A DNA stretch of 27,255 nt from Ignavibacteria bacterium (GTDB taxonomy: Bacteria; Elusimicrobiota; Endomicrobiia; PHAN01). The DNA lies in NCBI GenBank assembly GCA_041694835.1, contig JBGFRZ010000055.1, forward strand, positions 1-27,255, read 5' to 3'. This document shows, in pieces, positions 1 to 10,933 of the stretch. The notes below the pieces were generated by a model that had not been told where the DNA came from, did not search any database, and saw nothing but the letters and a program-made list of their open reading frames with translations. Position numbers and translations under genes: made by a program. The number at the start of each line of letters is the position of its first letter. The first letter of the stretch is position 1.

Positions 1-103
1 GCAGTTTCTTAACGGTTAAAAGTTTCAATCAGACCGCAAAACTCCTCGCTTTGCTCGTCAGACATTGCGGTCTAAACGATTTCAACTTTTAACCTAAAAC
101 TGC
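1..103. repeat. Long imperfect palindrome (REP/MITE-like hairpin), probably truncated by the window edge
   Basis: Nested inverted arms: GCAGTTT 1-7 / AAACTGC 97-103; GGTTAAAAGTT 14-24 / AACTTTTAACC 84-94; AGACCGCAA 31-39 / TTGCGGTCT 65-73. Confidence 0.8.
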
Positions 104-119
104 CGAATCGTTCAAAAAA

Positions 120-1091
120 TTAAGGTTTTTCAACGGTCTCTTTATTCAGGATTTTTATTAAAGCAGCCGCGAGACGCTCTGACGAGTGTCTCGCATAGTA
201 ATCCGCTGAAACGAAATTCCCGTATATTTTTTTTCCATTTTCGGACCACGCTAAATCATCGCCTACGGGCGCGGCGTTTTTCAGCATATATTTACTCAAA
301 AGACCTTTCGGGATTTTCCCTTTGTTTATCAAGACATAATCAAATTCAATCCCTGAATATTTTTTTATGACTTTCATGTGAGCGGAAAGGCCATATCCGT
401 CCGTTTCTCCAGGCTGCGTCATAATGTTCGATATATATATCTTTTTCGCCTTTGTTCTTTTTATGGCGGCCGGTATCCCCGGGACCAGCAGATTGCTTAT
501 GACTGACGTATAAAGGGAGCCGGGACCCAGTACTATCAAATTCGCGGCTGATATCGCCGACAAAACCTTAGGATTCGGCTTTATATTTCTGCCGGAAAGA
601 TATATCCTTTTAAGACATACCTTTTTACCAGATTCGCCGTGACGGATAGAGGATATCTTTTTTTCCCCACAAATCGTGCGACCGTCAGAAAGTTCGGCCT
701 TCAATCGCACACCTGCAAGCGTAACAGGCATAACCTGACCTTTTATCGCAAGGACTTTGCTTGTTTCGATTATTCCTTTTTCAAAACCGCCGGCCAGATC
801 TGATATGGCTACGAGAAAAAGATTGCCAAACGAGTGGTTGTAAAGACTGCCGCTTTTGGTGAATCTATACTGCAAGAGCCTTGACATCAACGACTCCTCG
901 CAAGAAAGAGCGACGAGACAATTTCGAATATCCCCGGGAGGTATAACATTCAACTCCCTTCTGAGTCTTCCGGAGCTTCCACCCTCGTCCGTAACGGTGA
1001 CCACAGCTGTCAGTTTGACGGGATACAATTTAAGTCCTCTGAGCAAAGTCGAAAGTCCGGTTCCCCCACCCAAAGCCACTATTTTTTTCAT
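120..1091 (-). CDS. yvcK: YvcK/GlmR (CofD-related, UPF0052) UDP-GlcNAc-binding gluconeogenesis factor
   Basis: GGGTGLS, D(E)GGSSGRLR, PPGDIRN, GPGSLYTS and NIMTQPGET motifs; directly follows rapZ/yvcJ. Confidence 0.95.
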   Translation of the reverse strand: MKKIVALGGGTGLSTLLRGLKLYPVKLTAVVTVTDEGGSSGRLRRELNVIPPGDIRNCLVALSCEESLMSRLLQYRFTKSGSLYNHSFGNLFLVAISDLAGGFEKGIIETSKVLAIKGQVMPVTLAGVRLKAELSDGRTICGEKKISSIRHGESGKKVCLKRIYLSGRNIKPNPKVLSAISAANLIVLGPGSLYTSVISNLLVPGIPAAIKRTKAKKIYISNIMTQPGETDGYGLSAHMKVIKKYSGIEFDYVLINKGKIPKGLLSKYMLKNAAPVGDDLAWSENGKKIYGNFVSADYYARHSSERLAAALIKILNKETVEKP

Positions 1092-1094
1092 ATA

Positions 1095-1931
1095 TTACTC
1101 GCCCAACTTTTTATCCTTGTCCCTGTGAGAAACACCGACCTCGTAGCCGAGCCCTTTTATGAATCTGGACATCTCATAGACCACAGCGACTGAACGATGA
1201 TGGCCGCCAGTGCAGCCGACGCTCAACGTAATATAGCTTTTACCCTCTTTTATATACTCGGGAATCAGGAATGACACTAACTCTTTGAGCATCTTTAAAA
1301 CCCTTTTCGCTACCTGACCGGCGAAAACATATCGCCTGACGCTCGGATTCAATCCCGTAAGATATTTCAGACTTTTTACGTAATTGGGATTTTTCAGAAA
1401 TCTTACGTCGAAAACCAAATCGCTTTCCGCCGGAAGACCAAACTTGTATCCGAATGATATTAGATTGATGAAGACCTTATCTCCTATGTCAATCGAAAAA
1501 GCCCTTGAGAGCGACTGCTTGAATTCCTGAATGGTCAGGTTCGATGTATCTATTATTATGCCTGCATGATTTCTTATGTCGCTCGTCAGTTTCCTTTCCT
1601 TCGGAATCGCTTCCGTCAAAAAACCACCGAGCGGATGTTTCCTCCTTGTGGCGCTGTATCTTGATATAAGCGTCTTTGTGTCGGCTTCAAGAAAAACTAT
1701 GTTGAGAGATTTCCTTCTTCTTATAATTTCGTCTATGGCGGGACGGCCCGTCCTTATATCCAGCCCCAAAACGATGGGTTTCTTCGTTTTCATGCCCTTA
1801 AACCATTTGAAAAAACTTCCTATTAAAGCGGCGGGAAGATTATCGATGCATGTGAATCCGAAGTCCTCCAATATTTTCAGCGCCTGCGTTTTGCCGGCGC
1901 CGGATAATCCTGTGATAACATTGATTTTCAT
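1095..1931 (-). CDS. rapZ: RNase adapter RapZ / YvcJ P-loop protein
   Basis: GLSGAGKT, TRRKHPL, SFGYKFG, DLVFDVRFL.NP and GCTGGHHRSV motifs. Confidence 0.96.
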   Translation of the reverse strand: MKINVITGLSGAGKTQALKILEDFGFTCIDNLPAALIGSFFKWFKGMKTKKPIVLGLDIRTGRPAIDEIIRRRKSLNIVFLEADTKTLISRYSATRRKHPLGGFLTEAIPKERKLTSDIRNHAGIIIDTSNLTIQEFKQSLSRAFSIDIGDKVFINLISFGYKFGLPAESDLVFDVRFLKNPNYVKSLKYLTGLNPSVRRYVFAGQVAKRVLKMLKELVSFLIPEYIKEGKSYITLSVGCTGGHHRSVAVVYEMSRFIKGLGYEVGVSHRDKDKKLGE

Positions 1932-2866
1932 TCTTTTGACGTGAGTTTTTTGATAAGTTTTTCCTGAAGTATCTGAGCGGAGTTTATCCCCCTGTTTTTC
2001 AGATGCTGATTCAAAGTTGCAACCTCAACCAAAATGGGGAGGTCCCTTCCGGGTTTCACCGGTAAAACAACCAGCGGCAGAGAAATATTCAATATTTCGG
2101 TCGACTCGGTTTCAAGACCCAGTCTCGCGTAAGTTTTCGAAGGATCCCAATCCTCAAATCTTATTACTATGTCTATCTTGCTTTCTTCAAGGAGCGACGC
2201 GACGCCGAATACGCTTGAAACGTCTATTATGCCAAGGCCTCTTACCTCCATGTAATTCTGGATAAACTTGTCCGCACGACCCACGAGAACGCCTTCGGAG
2301 TGGCGGTGTATTTCAACAAGATCGTCGGCGACAAATCGGTGTCCGCGCCTTATCAAGCCCATGGCGCACTCCGATTTTCCGACGCCCGATTCTCCTTCTA
2401 TCAATATCCCGCATCCGTAAACATTGACAAGGGAACCGTGTCTTACAACCTTATGCGACAAGAGATCCTCAAGATAAAAAACAATCTCGCCTATTATTAT
2501 GGATGTCTCGGCGGATGTCTTAAAAAGTGGAAGATTAGAACTGTTACAAATGTCTATCAGCTCTGTATGTGGCGAGAATGAACCGGTTATCACTATAGCA
2601 GGTATTTCTGGGAATGAAAACACCTTCTTCAATATCCCGCCTCTTGCTTCCTTTGAAAGATTGCTCAAATAAAGGTAATCGGCGAGACCGAGTATCTGTA
2701 TCCGTTCTTTCGGGTAATAATCGAAAAAACCGGTCAAGACAAGACCGGGGCGGTTTATGTCAGATGTCGTTATCTTTCTGTTTAGTCCCCCCGAGCCAGC
2801 TATGATTTCAAGCTTCAGATCTTCTTTTTTGTCATTGTAAAAATCCTGGACGGATATTGCGGACAT
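1928..2866 (-). CDS. hprK: HPr(Ser) kinase/phosphorylase
   Basis: INRPGL, HGSLV, GESGVGKSE Walker A, VADD, MEVRGLGII and PVKPGR motifs. Confidence 0.96.
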   Translation of the reverse strand: MSAISVQDFYNDKKEDLKLEIIAGSGGLNRKITTSDINRPGLVLTGFFDYYPKERIQILGLADYLYLSNLSKEARGGILKKVFSFPEIPAIVITGSFSPHTELIDICNSSNLPLFKTSAETSIIIGEIVFYLEDLLSHKVVRHGSLVNVYGCGILIEGESGVGKSECAMGLIRRGHRFVADDLVEIHRHSEGVLVGRADKFIQNYMEVRGLGIIDVSSVFGVASLLEESKIDIVIRFEDWDPSKTYARLGLETESTEILNISLPLVVLPVKPGRDLPILVEVATLNQHLKNRGINSAQILQEKLIKKLTSKE

Positions 2867-2867
2867 A

Positions 2868-3326
2868 TCAATATATGTCTTCTTTTTTTATTATCTCGAC
2901 AATCTTTTCAGGCGAATCGGATTGCTTAAGCGCCTCCCTGAAAAACTTGTCCTTAAAAAGTCTAGCCACACGAGCGAGGGCTTTCAAATGGTCGCCGCTT
3001 ATATCATCCGGCCCAAGCAGCAGAAAAATGATGTTTACCGCTTCGCCATCAAGCGACTGAAACTCTATCCCTTTCTGGGATATGCCGAGAGCGCCGATTA
3101 TTTCTTTCAATTCCGATGTTTTGCCGTGAGGGATGGCAACATTCTGCCCTATGCCGGTTGAACCTATCTTTTCTCTGGCATACACCGCCTGAAATACGGA
3201 ATCGGGGTTTTTTATCTTGCCTGAGTTTGCGACAACATTTATCATTTCTTTTATCGCGGATTTTTTGTCACGCGATTTAATGTCAAGAACAATATGTTCC
3301 TTAGGAAGCAGATCTAACAACTTCAT
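2868..3326 (-). CDS. ptsN: PTS IIA (Ntr/fructose-type) protein
   Basis: AREKIGSTGIGQNVAIPHG with the phosphorylatable His. ATG at 3326 follows GGAGG; the ORF track starts at GTG 3338. Confidence 0.9.
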   Translation of the reverse strand: MKLLDLLPKEHIVLDIKSRDKKSAIKEMINVVANSGKIKNPDSVFQAVYAREKIGSTGIGQNVAIPHGKTSELKEIIGALGISQKGIEFQSLDGEAVNIIFLLLGPDDISGDHLKALARVARLFKDKFFREALKQSDSPEKIVEIIKKEDIY

Positions 3327-3379
3327 TTTTCCCTCCACATCAACTTTCCTGCGAAAGAGCTTCTTGTTTGCGGATTATT

Positions 3380-3910
3380 TCACTGTCTCAGCTCTATCAG
3401 GCCGTAAGTTTCGTCCCCTCTTTTATACGCCACATTCAAATCGCCCGTCAGAATATTCTTAAACACATAAAAGTTGTAATCAGAGTCAAGCATGTTATCA
3501 ATGGCCTCCTCCGGCGAAAGCGCCATTATTTTAAAGCTTTTCCTGTCAAGTATATCGGAACCCTCGGGCGCGACTACATTTATATTCGCCCTGTAGATAT
3601 CTTTTGCAGCAACCCTTTTATGATCTTTTAGTCTTTCCTTGTATTTTTTTAATTGTTTTTGAAGTTTGTCAACCGTCAGGTCTATAGCAGCGTAAAGATC
3701 TATCGTCTTTCCCTTCGCCAGGAATTTCGCATGCGGAGCGGTTGCGACTATTTCAACCGCGTGGATGTATTTTTTTTCAACAGACAGTACTACATGAACA
3801 CTTATAATCCCGGGATGAAACTTCTTCACAGCAGTTCTTATCTTTTTATCCGCATAATCCGCTATCGACGGCGTGAGATCGAAATGTCTTGCTATTATGT
3901 TAAACTCCAT
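3380..3910 (-). CDS. hpf: Long-form ribosome hibernation promoting factor (HPF/RaiA, sigma-54 modulation protein)
   Basis: DLYAAIDL..DKL.KQLKKYK plus the C-terminal domain EEAI..M...FYVF.N..NVAYKR.D..YGLIE; GGAGG SD at 3916-3920. Confidence 0.94.
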   Translation of the reverse strand: MEFNIIARHFDLTPSIADYADKKIRTAVKKFHPGIISVHVVLSVEKKYIHAVEIVATAPHAKFLAKGKTIDLYAAIDLTVDKLQKQLKKYKERLKDHKRVAAKDIYRANINVVAPEGSDILDRKSFKIMALSPEEAIDNMLDSDYNFYVFKNILTGDLNVAYKRGDETYGLIELRQ

Positions 3911-3970
3911 TCGTTCCTCCTATAAACCCCGGACCAGGAAGTCGCGGGGTGAACGAAACATTATATTTTA
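3910..3970 (-). promoter_or_regulatory. Putative hpf promoter -10 box(es) and structured leader
   Basis: TATAAT (3965-3960) and TAAAAT (3970-3965) on the minus strand with no convincing -35. Hairpin arms ACCCCG/CGGGGT and TTCGTTC/GAACGAA flank the SD. Confidence 0.4.
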
Positions 3971-3994
3971 CCTATTTTATTCGAAAATTAAAAA

Positions 3995-4714
3995 TCACAT
4001 CCTGAATTTCTCGCCCAGATAGACATCTCTGGCGGCTTGCGAGTTTATCAATTCGTCGGCGGCGCCTTCCATGAGTATCTTTCCGTCATACATTATGTAC
4101 GCTCTATCGGTAATGCTCAGAGTCTCCCTTACATTATGGTCGGTTATAAGTATGCCGAGGCCGTTCTTGCTCAATCGTCCCATTATTTCCTGTATATCGC
4201 CCACAGTTTTGGGGTCGATGCCTATGAACGGTTCGTCTAAAAGGAGGTATTTCGGTTCTGTTAGAAGCGCGCGGGCGACCTCGCATCTTCTCTTCTCCCC
4301 CCCGGAAAGCTGCCATGCGAGGGAGTTCCTCAGCGAATCTAAACCCATATAGGCTATGACACTTTCAGCTTTTTCCTTCCTCCTCTCTTCTGAAATAGGT
4401 AGCATCTCGAGTATTGCCCATATGTTTTCCTCAACGGTTAGATGCCTGAATATCGAAGGTTCCTGTGGCAGGTAGCCTACACCGAGACGAGCCCTCTGAT
4501 ACATCGGAAGCGCCGTGAGACGACGCCCATTCAATTCGATTTCGCCGGCGTCGGGGGTTATCATCCCAACCACCATGTAAAATGTCGTGGTTTTACCGGC
4601 TCCGTTCGGTCCCAAAAGACCCACTATCTCGCCAGGGTTGACGGAAATGGTTACATCCTTTACAACTGTTCTCTTTTTATAGATTTTTCTAAGATTTCTC
4701 GCTTCAAGACTCAT
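3995..4714 (-). CDS. lptB: LPS export ABC transporter ATP-binding protein
   Basis: GLLGPNGAGKTTTFYM, YLPQEPSIFR, LSGGEKRR.E.AR, LLDEPF and ITDHNVRETL motifs. Confidence 0.97.
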   Translation of the reverse strand: MSLEARNLRKIYKKRTVVKDVTISVNPGEIVGLLGPNGAGKTTTFYMVVGMITPDAGEIELNGRRLTALPMYQRARLGVGYLPQEPSIFRHLTVEENIWAILEMLPISEERRKEKAESVIAYMGLDSLRNSLAWQLSGGEKRRCEVARALLTEPKYLLLDEPFIGIDPKTVGDIQEIMGRLSKNGLGILITDHNVRETLSITDRAYIMYDGKILMEGAADELINSQAARDVYLGEKFRM

Positions 4715-4802
4715 TTTTAATTTTCCTGGCGCTATGGCGGGAGAGACTAAATTTACTTCGCAAACTACCCGGTTGAACTCAAGATATTCTGTAAATTCGA
4801 TT

Positions 4803-5423
4803 TTATTTTAAGATAATTTTTCCTTTGACGTTTGATATCAGCTTAATTTTATTACTTTCACGCAGAAAAATCAACTCGTCGGCGGAAAACCCGGCTGAAT
4901 GTAAGGCATCTTCAAATGTCAGCGATATAAGAGGCGCCGCTATGAGCTGTTTTCTTGCGTAATCATAAAAAATCCACGGGGAGCCAACGCTCTGATTCCT
5001 ATAGTTTAAACGGGCGTCTTCATGTGCCGTTATCCCGTCATTTGAATGAGATATCCTTGGGGCGCGAAGCATGGCCATTGTGCCGTCATTGAAGTTTAAA
5101 CTTGCCTCGGCAGGACCACCTGTTACGGATGCGGTGTCGCTTTTAATTGAGTAAAATGCATACTCGCCCCTCAAAGAATAATCTCCGTCGACGGAATCGA
5201 TTTTAACCGCTCCGAAAGCCTCGGCTTCCCGCTTCGTTTCATAGTGTATTATCCTTTCCGCAGCAAAAGTGAAGCTGGAATGTTTCATAACAGCCCCATC
5301 GGAAAAAATGGTTTTGTTCTCTTTCGGTCTAAGCTCCATCTTTTTACCGGTCAAATAAACGCCGTCAAACGCTGTATTTTTAAAAACAGCGAAAATCAGC
5401 GACAAAAAAATTACTTTAGCCAT
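4803..5423 (-). CDS. LptA/OstA-like beta-jellyroll LPS transport protein
   Basis: N-terminal hydrophobic stretch, repeated beta-strand pattern (A.G.V, G..A.Y, TG.P), located between lptC and lptB. Confidence 0.7.
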   Translation of the reverse strand: MAKVIFLSLIFAVFKNTAFDGVYLTGKKMELRPKENKTIFSDGAVMKHSSFTFAAERIIHYETKREAEAFGAVKIDSVDGDYSLRGEYAFYSIKSDTASVTGGPAEASLNFNDGTMAMLRAPRISHSNDGITAHEDARLNYRNQSVGSPWIFYDYARKQLIAAPLISLTFEDALHSAGFSADELIFLRESNKIKLISNVKGKIILK

Positions 5424-5992
5424 TTTACTTTTTGGTCCGTCAACACTATCGACTCGAGCGCGGCGTCGGAAGTCATGGAAGTGCCTGTGATTTCCTTATC
5501 TTCGGTTAATATTCGCACGAATTTATCGGTATAAATTTTGTTTTCGCTGTTTTTGTATTTGACATCGTTCGTAAAAATCGTTTTATCTTTTGACTCTAAA
5601 GTAGTATCCCCAAAAATCCCGATGTCGGATGTCTTCAGGTTGGCGATACCCGATGAAGATTTTATTACACTGGGATTTTTGTTCGAGTAAATTGTGACCT
5701 CGGGATAAAGTAGCTCGGCCACGTCTTTGCTTAAAAATCTCGCGTTCTTTGCTCTGAGCTTCCAAATAACCTTCCCCTCTTTCGTCTGCTTGACATTGAA
5801 ATTCTCTATATACTCATAAGAGGGCGGTTCCATATCGGGTTTTTTCCCGGAGTTTTTGCAGGAAAGCAAAAGACAAAAAAATAAAACCACGAAAAGAGTT
5901 GGGGATTTTCCCACAAGCCCGTCAGTCGATGTCGTAATCCCAATAACTTTCTCCGGGCTATGCTCACTCAATGACTTTTTCAACGGGTTCAT
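5411..5992 (-). CDS. lptC: LPS export periplasmic protein LptC (lipoprotein-like)
   Basis: WKLRAKNA and IYTDKFVRI...ITG.SM.SD..L patterns; LLSC lipobox; position upstream of lptA/lptB. Start uncertain (ATG 5992 or GTG 5914). Confidence 0.82.
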   Translation of the reverse strand: MNPLKKSLSEHSPEKVIGITTSTDGLVGKSPTLFVVLFFCLLLSCKNSGKKPDMEPPSYEYIENFNVKQTKEGKVIWKLRAKNARFLSKDVAELLYPEVTIYSNKNPSVIKSSSGIANLKTSDIGIFGDTTLESKDKTIFTNDVKYKNSENKIYTDKFVRILTEDKEITGTSMTSDAALESIVLTDQKVKWLK

Positions 5993-6890
5993 AATCTATT
6001 GATTTTTTTGTTTTCCACCTTTTGTGAAACCAGACCCAATGTTCGGGATGTTTCGTTATATAATCCTCTATCTTTTTTGTATAAAACTGCGTATTTTCCC
6101 TCACGTCTCTTTTTTCGTCACCTGTCCTTAAATAATCTATCGGGCCTTCTATAAAAGCAGTATGGGTGTTGTCAGAATTTCTTACGATAAAAGCGAATAA
6201 AACTGAACAGCATGTCTTGCCCGCTATAGCAGCCGGGCCTATAGGGGTATACGCCTCTTTGGAAAAAAACTTGACAAACTCCCCGGCAACGGCTGTGTCC
6301 TGATCGATAAGTATGCCTATCATCTGGTTGTTTTTCAAAGTTTTCAATATTTCACGGGCAGAGCGCTCGGTCGCTCTCATGATTACGTTCAAGCCCATTA
6401 CGGTTCTGTTTTTTACTATCATCTCGTTTATCCTGGGAATATAAAACTCCCTCGCTATGACGCTTAAAGGATACCCCAGGGATCTAATGGCCGCGCCGAG
6501 AAGTTCCCAATTCCCAAAGTGGGCTGTGATGATTATGGTTCCACGACCGACATCATAAGCTTTTTTTAAATTTTCACGGCCTTCGAATTTCACGATGTTC
6601 CCAACGAAATCGCCTTTAAACTTCGGAAAGTGCATAAACTCGGCGAAGTTTCTTCCATGGTTTTTGTAGGCATTTTTGCATATCAACAGCATCTCTTTTC
6701 CGGTTTTTTCGGGAAACGCAATCGTCAAATTTTCCATGGCGGTTTTTCTGCCGGACTTGTCAATATAAAATGCAAGTCCACCGAGAAAAGCGCCAAGCGA
6801 AAGCGACGCGCTCAAAGGAAGAAACAAAAAAATCCGTCTTAAAGACAGGACGAATATGTAAAGAAAAAACCTGGAAATTTTTTTAATCAT
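5964..6890 (-). CDS. Lipid A late acyltransferase (LpxL/HtrB family)
   Basis: AHFGNWE, LIDQD, V.FF and PEHWVWFHKRWKT motifs; ATG 6890 overlaps the kdsC end. Confidence 0.92.
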   Translation of the reverse strand: MIKKISRFFLYIFVLSLRRIFLFLPLSASLSLGAFLGGLAFYIDKSGRKTAMENLTIAFPEKTGKEMLLICKNAYKNHGRNFAEFMHFPKFKGDFVGNIVKFEGRENLKKAYDVGRGTIIITAHFGNWELLGAAIRSLGYPLSVIAREFYIPRINEMIVKNRTVMGLNVIMRATERSAREILKTLKNNQMIGILIDQDTAVAGEFVKFFSKEAYTPIGPAAIAGKTCCSVLFAFIVRNSDNTHTAFIEGPIDYLRTGDEKRDVRENTQFYTKKIEDYITKHPEHWVWFHKRWKTKKSIDYEPVEKVIE

Positions 6891-7425
6891 TAATGTACGG
6901 CTCAAGAGCGCTCCTCCAAAGACCTTTTGCTTTCAGCAGGAACTCTAAAAATTCCCTGAAAACACCTTTCCCTCCGGGGGTGTCCAATATATAGTCGGAA
7001 AATATTTTCACATCGGATGGGGCGTCGGACGGGCACGCCGAAAGTCCGACTCTTTTCAAAATAGGGAGATCTATAAGATCGTCGCCGATATAAGCTATCT
7101 CTTGCGCTTTTACTTTGAATCTTTTTTCTATTTCAACAAGAGCTCTTTTTTTCTCGTCGCAGTTTTCGAAAAGCATCCCAACGCCAACCTCTTCGGCTCT
7201 CAAGCGGACATCTTCCGAAGAACGGCCGGTTACCCAAACGATTTTCATGGGATAATTTAGATTTTTGAGCATCGCAAAAGCAAGGCGATCCTTTACATTC
7301 CATATTTTCAAATCTCCACTCTTAAGTATTATAATCTCCCCCGCGGTCAAAACGCCATCTATGTCCATGGCTATGACCTTGATTTTTTTAGCCTTTGATA
7401 TCAGCTTTTTAATCGACTTTCTCAT
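6883..7425 (-). CDS. kdsC: Kdo-8-phosphate phosphatase (HAD family)
   Basis: MDIDGVLT, TGR, AYIGDDLIDL and GGKGVFRE motifs. Confidence 0.92.
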   Translation of the reverse strand: MRKSIKKLISKAKKIKVIAMDIDGVLTAGEIIILKSGDLKIWNVKDRLAFAMLKNLNYPMKIVWVTGRSSEDVRLRAEEVGVGMLFENCDEKKRALVEIEKRFKVKAQEIAYIGDDLIDLPILKRVGLSACPSDAPSDVKIFSDYILDTPGGKGVFREFLEFLLKAKGLWRSALEPYIND

Positions 7426-8273
7426 ATTTTCTTTACAAGAAATACCTTGTATGCTACGGACTTCCTGAATTTTTCGGGGTTTAATTTGTCCTGCATGCGA
7501 CTGTAGAGATATCCGTCTATTTTCTTCAACTGAAAATAAAATAAAAAATTTAATAATCTCGTAATAATCCTGAATTTCGACCGTGCATAGCCGGAAATTA
7601 TTTCAAGTATTGGCAGGGCGTATTCGTTGTAGACTTTAGACCCCAACACAAGAGTTGGGATGACTTTTTCGGTGATATCTTGAACATTCAAAATCTCAAG
7701 TGGATATTTTTTCAACATATTCAAAAAATCGCTTTCAACATGACACGTTTTGTAATATTTCGCGTGAGATTTTCTGAAATAATCCGATATCAGAAGGTAT
7801 CCTCCGTCGGACAGCAGCATACATGATTTTCCAAGTACGAGGTCGATATTCATATATTGAAAGCTTTCCGCAAAAAGCAAAAGATTGTATTTTTTATCAG
7901 TATTATAATCCTCGAATCTCGTCAGGTGAAGTTCTATGTCAGGGTTTCTTTCCCTAAAAACCTCTCCCTGGCTTTCATCCGGTGTTACGCTTTCTACAAG
8001 ATATCCTTTTTCTTCCAACTTCTTCGCTACGGGGCCTGTACCACAACCAACGTCGAGAATAGTTTTGACACTCGACGGAATAAGCGAAATTAGGTTTTCG
8101 ATGTATTTGTCCTGCGCCACCCTTAAATTCGCGAGAGTGATCTCGGGAGGGGCGTCCCAGTACCCGAAATGAAGCGAGTCTAATTTAAAAACTTCCCTGT
8201 AAAATTTCAGCCCGTAATCTATCTTTTTTTTCACTTCGTTTTTTCGCTTTCGCTTTTTTGGCTGTCTAGCCAC
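7422..8273 (-). CDS. Class I SAM-dependent methyltransferase, substrate unknown
   Basis: LHFGYW, ILDVGCGTG and GGYLLISD motifs. Alternative start GTG 8234 overlaps the upstream TGA. Confidence 0.88.
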   Translation of the reverse strand: MARQPKKRKRKNEVKKKIDYGLKFYREVFKLDSLHFGYWDAPPEITLANLRVAQDKYIENLISLIPSSVKTILDVGCGTGPVAKKLEEKGYLVESVTPDESQGEVFRERNPDIELHLTRFEDYNTDKKYNLLLFAESFQYMNIDLVLGKSCMLLSDGGYLLISDYFRKSHAKYYKTCHVESDFLNMLKKYPLEILNVQDITEKVIPTLVLGSKVYNEYALPILEIISGYARSKFRIITRLLNFLFYFQLKKIDGYLYSRMQDKLNPEKFRKSVAYKVFLVKKI

Positions 8274-8509
8274 GGGGTTATTTCCTTCGGCACTTTTCTC
8301 ATATAGGGCCTAAGCAATATATTTAAAATAAAGTAGGTCGCTATCAATATCAGATATATTACGGCCAGGGTTTTTAAATGCCACTTCCAGTTGGGACGCC
8401 ATATTTCAATAGTGACGGGACGTTGGCCGGGTTCATCAAATTTGAATTTGCACTTTTTGCAAAACTTCGCCGTATCCTTGTTTCCAATTCCACATTTCGG
8501 GCATTTCAT
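8231..8509 (-). CDS. Small zinc-ribbon membrane protein
   Basis: CPKC-x10-CKKC at the N-terminus, one hydrophobic helix, GGAG SD upstream. Confidence 0.85.
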   Translation of the reverse strand: MKCPKCGIGNKDTAKFCKKCKFKFDEPGQRPVTIEIWRPNWKWHLKTLAVIYLILIATYFILNILLRPYMRKVPKEITPWLDSQKSESEKTK

Positions 8510-8522
8510 AAATTTGTCTCCT

Positions 8523-8595
8523 ATGACCCCGAATGAATTTGGGGGTTGTCATTCGCTTGAATTTGCTACATTGAGATACCGATTAAAATCGGGAT
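8523..8595. repeat. Two short REP-like hairpins
   Basis: ATGACCCCGAATGAATTTGGGGGTTGTCAT (8523-8552) and CCGATTAAAATCGG (8579-8592). Confidence 0.55.
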
Positions 8596-8618
8596 GTTCC
8601 ACAAATTCATCTCATTGA

Positions 8619-10929
<2,311 letters not shown>

Positions 10930-10933
<4 letters not shown>

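Noticed and set aside
4715-4802. ncRNA or tRNA between lptA and lptB
   Set aside because: No cloverleaf or strong stem; only a weak AATTTAC/GTAAATT pair and an isolated end-like motif.
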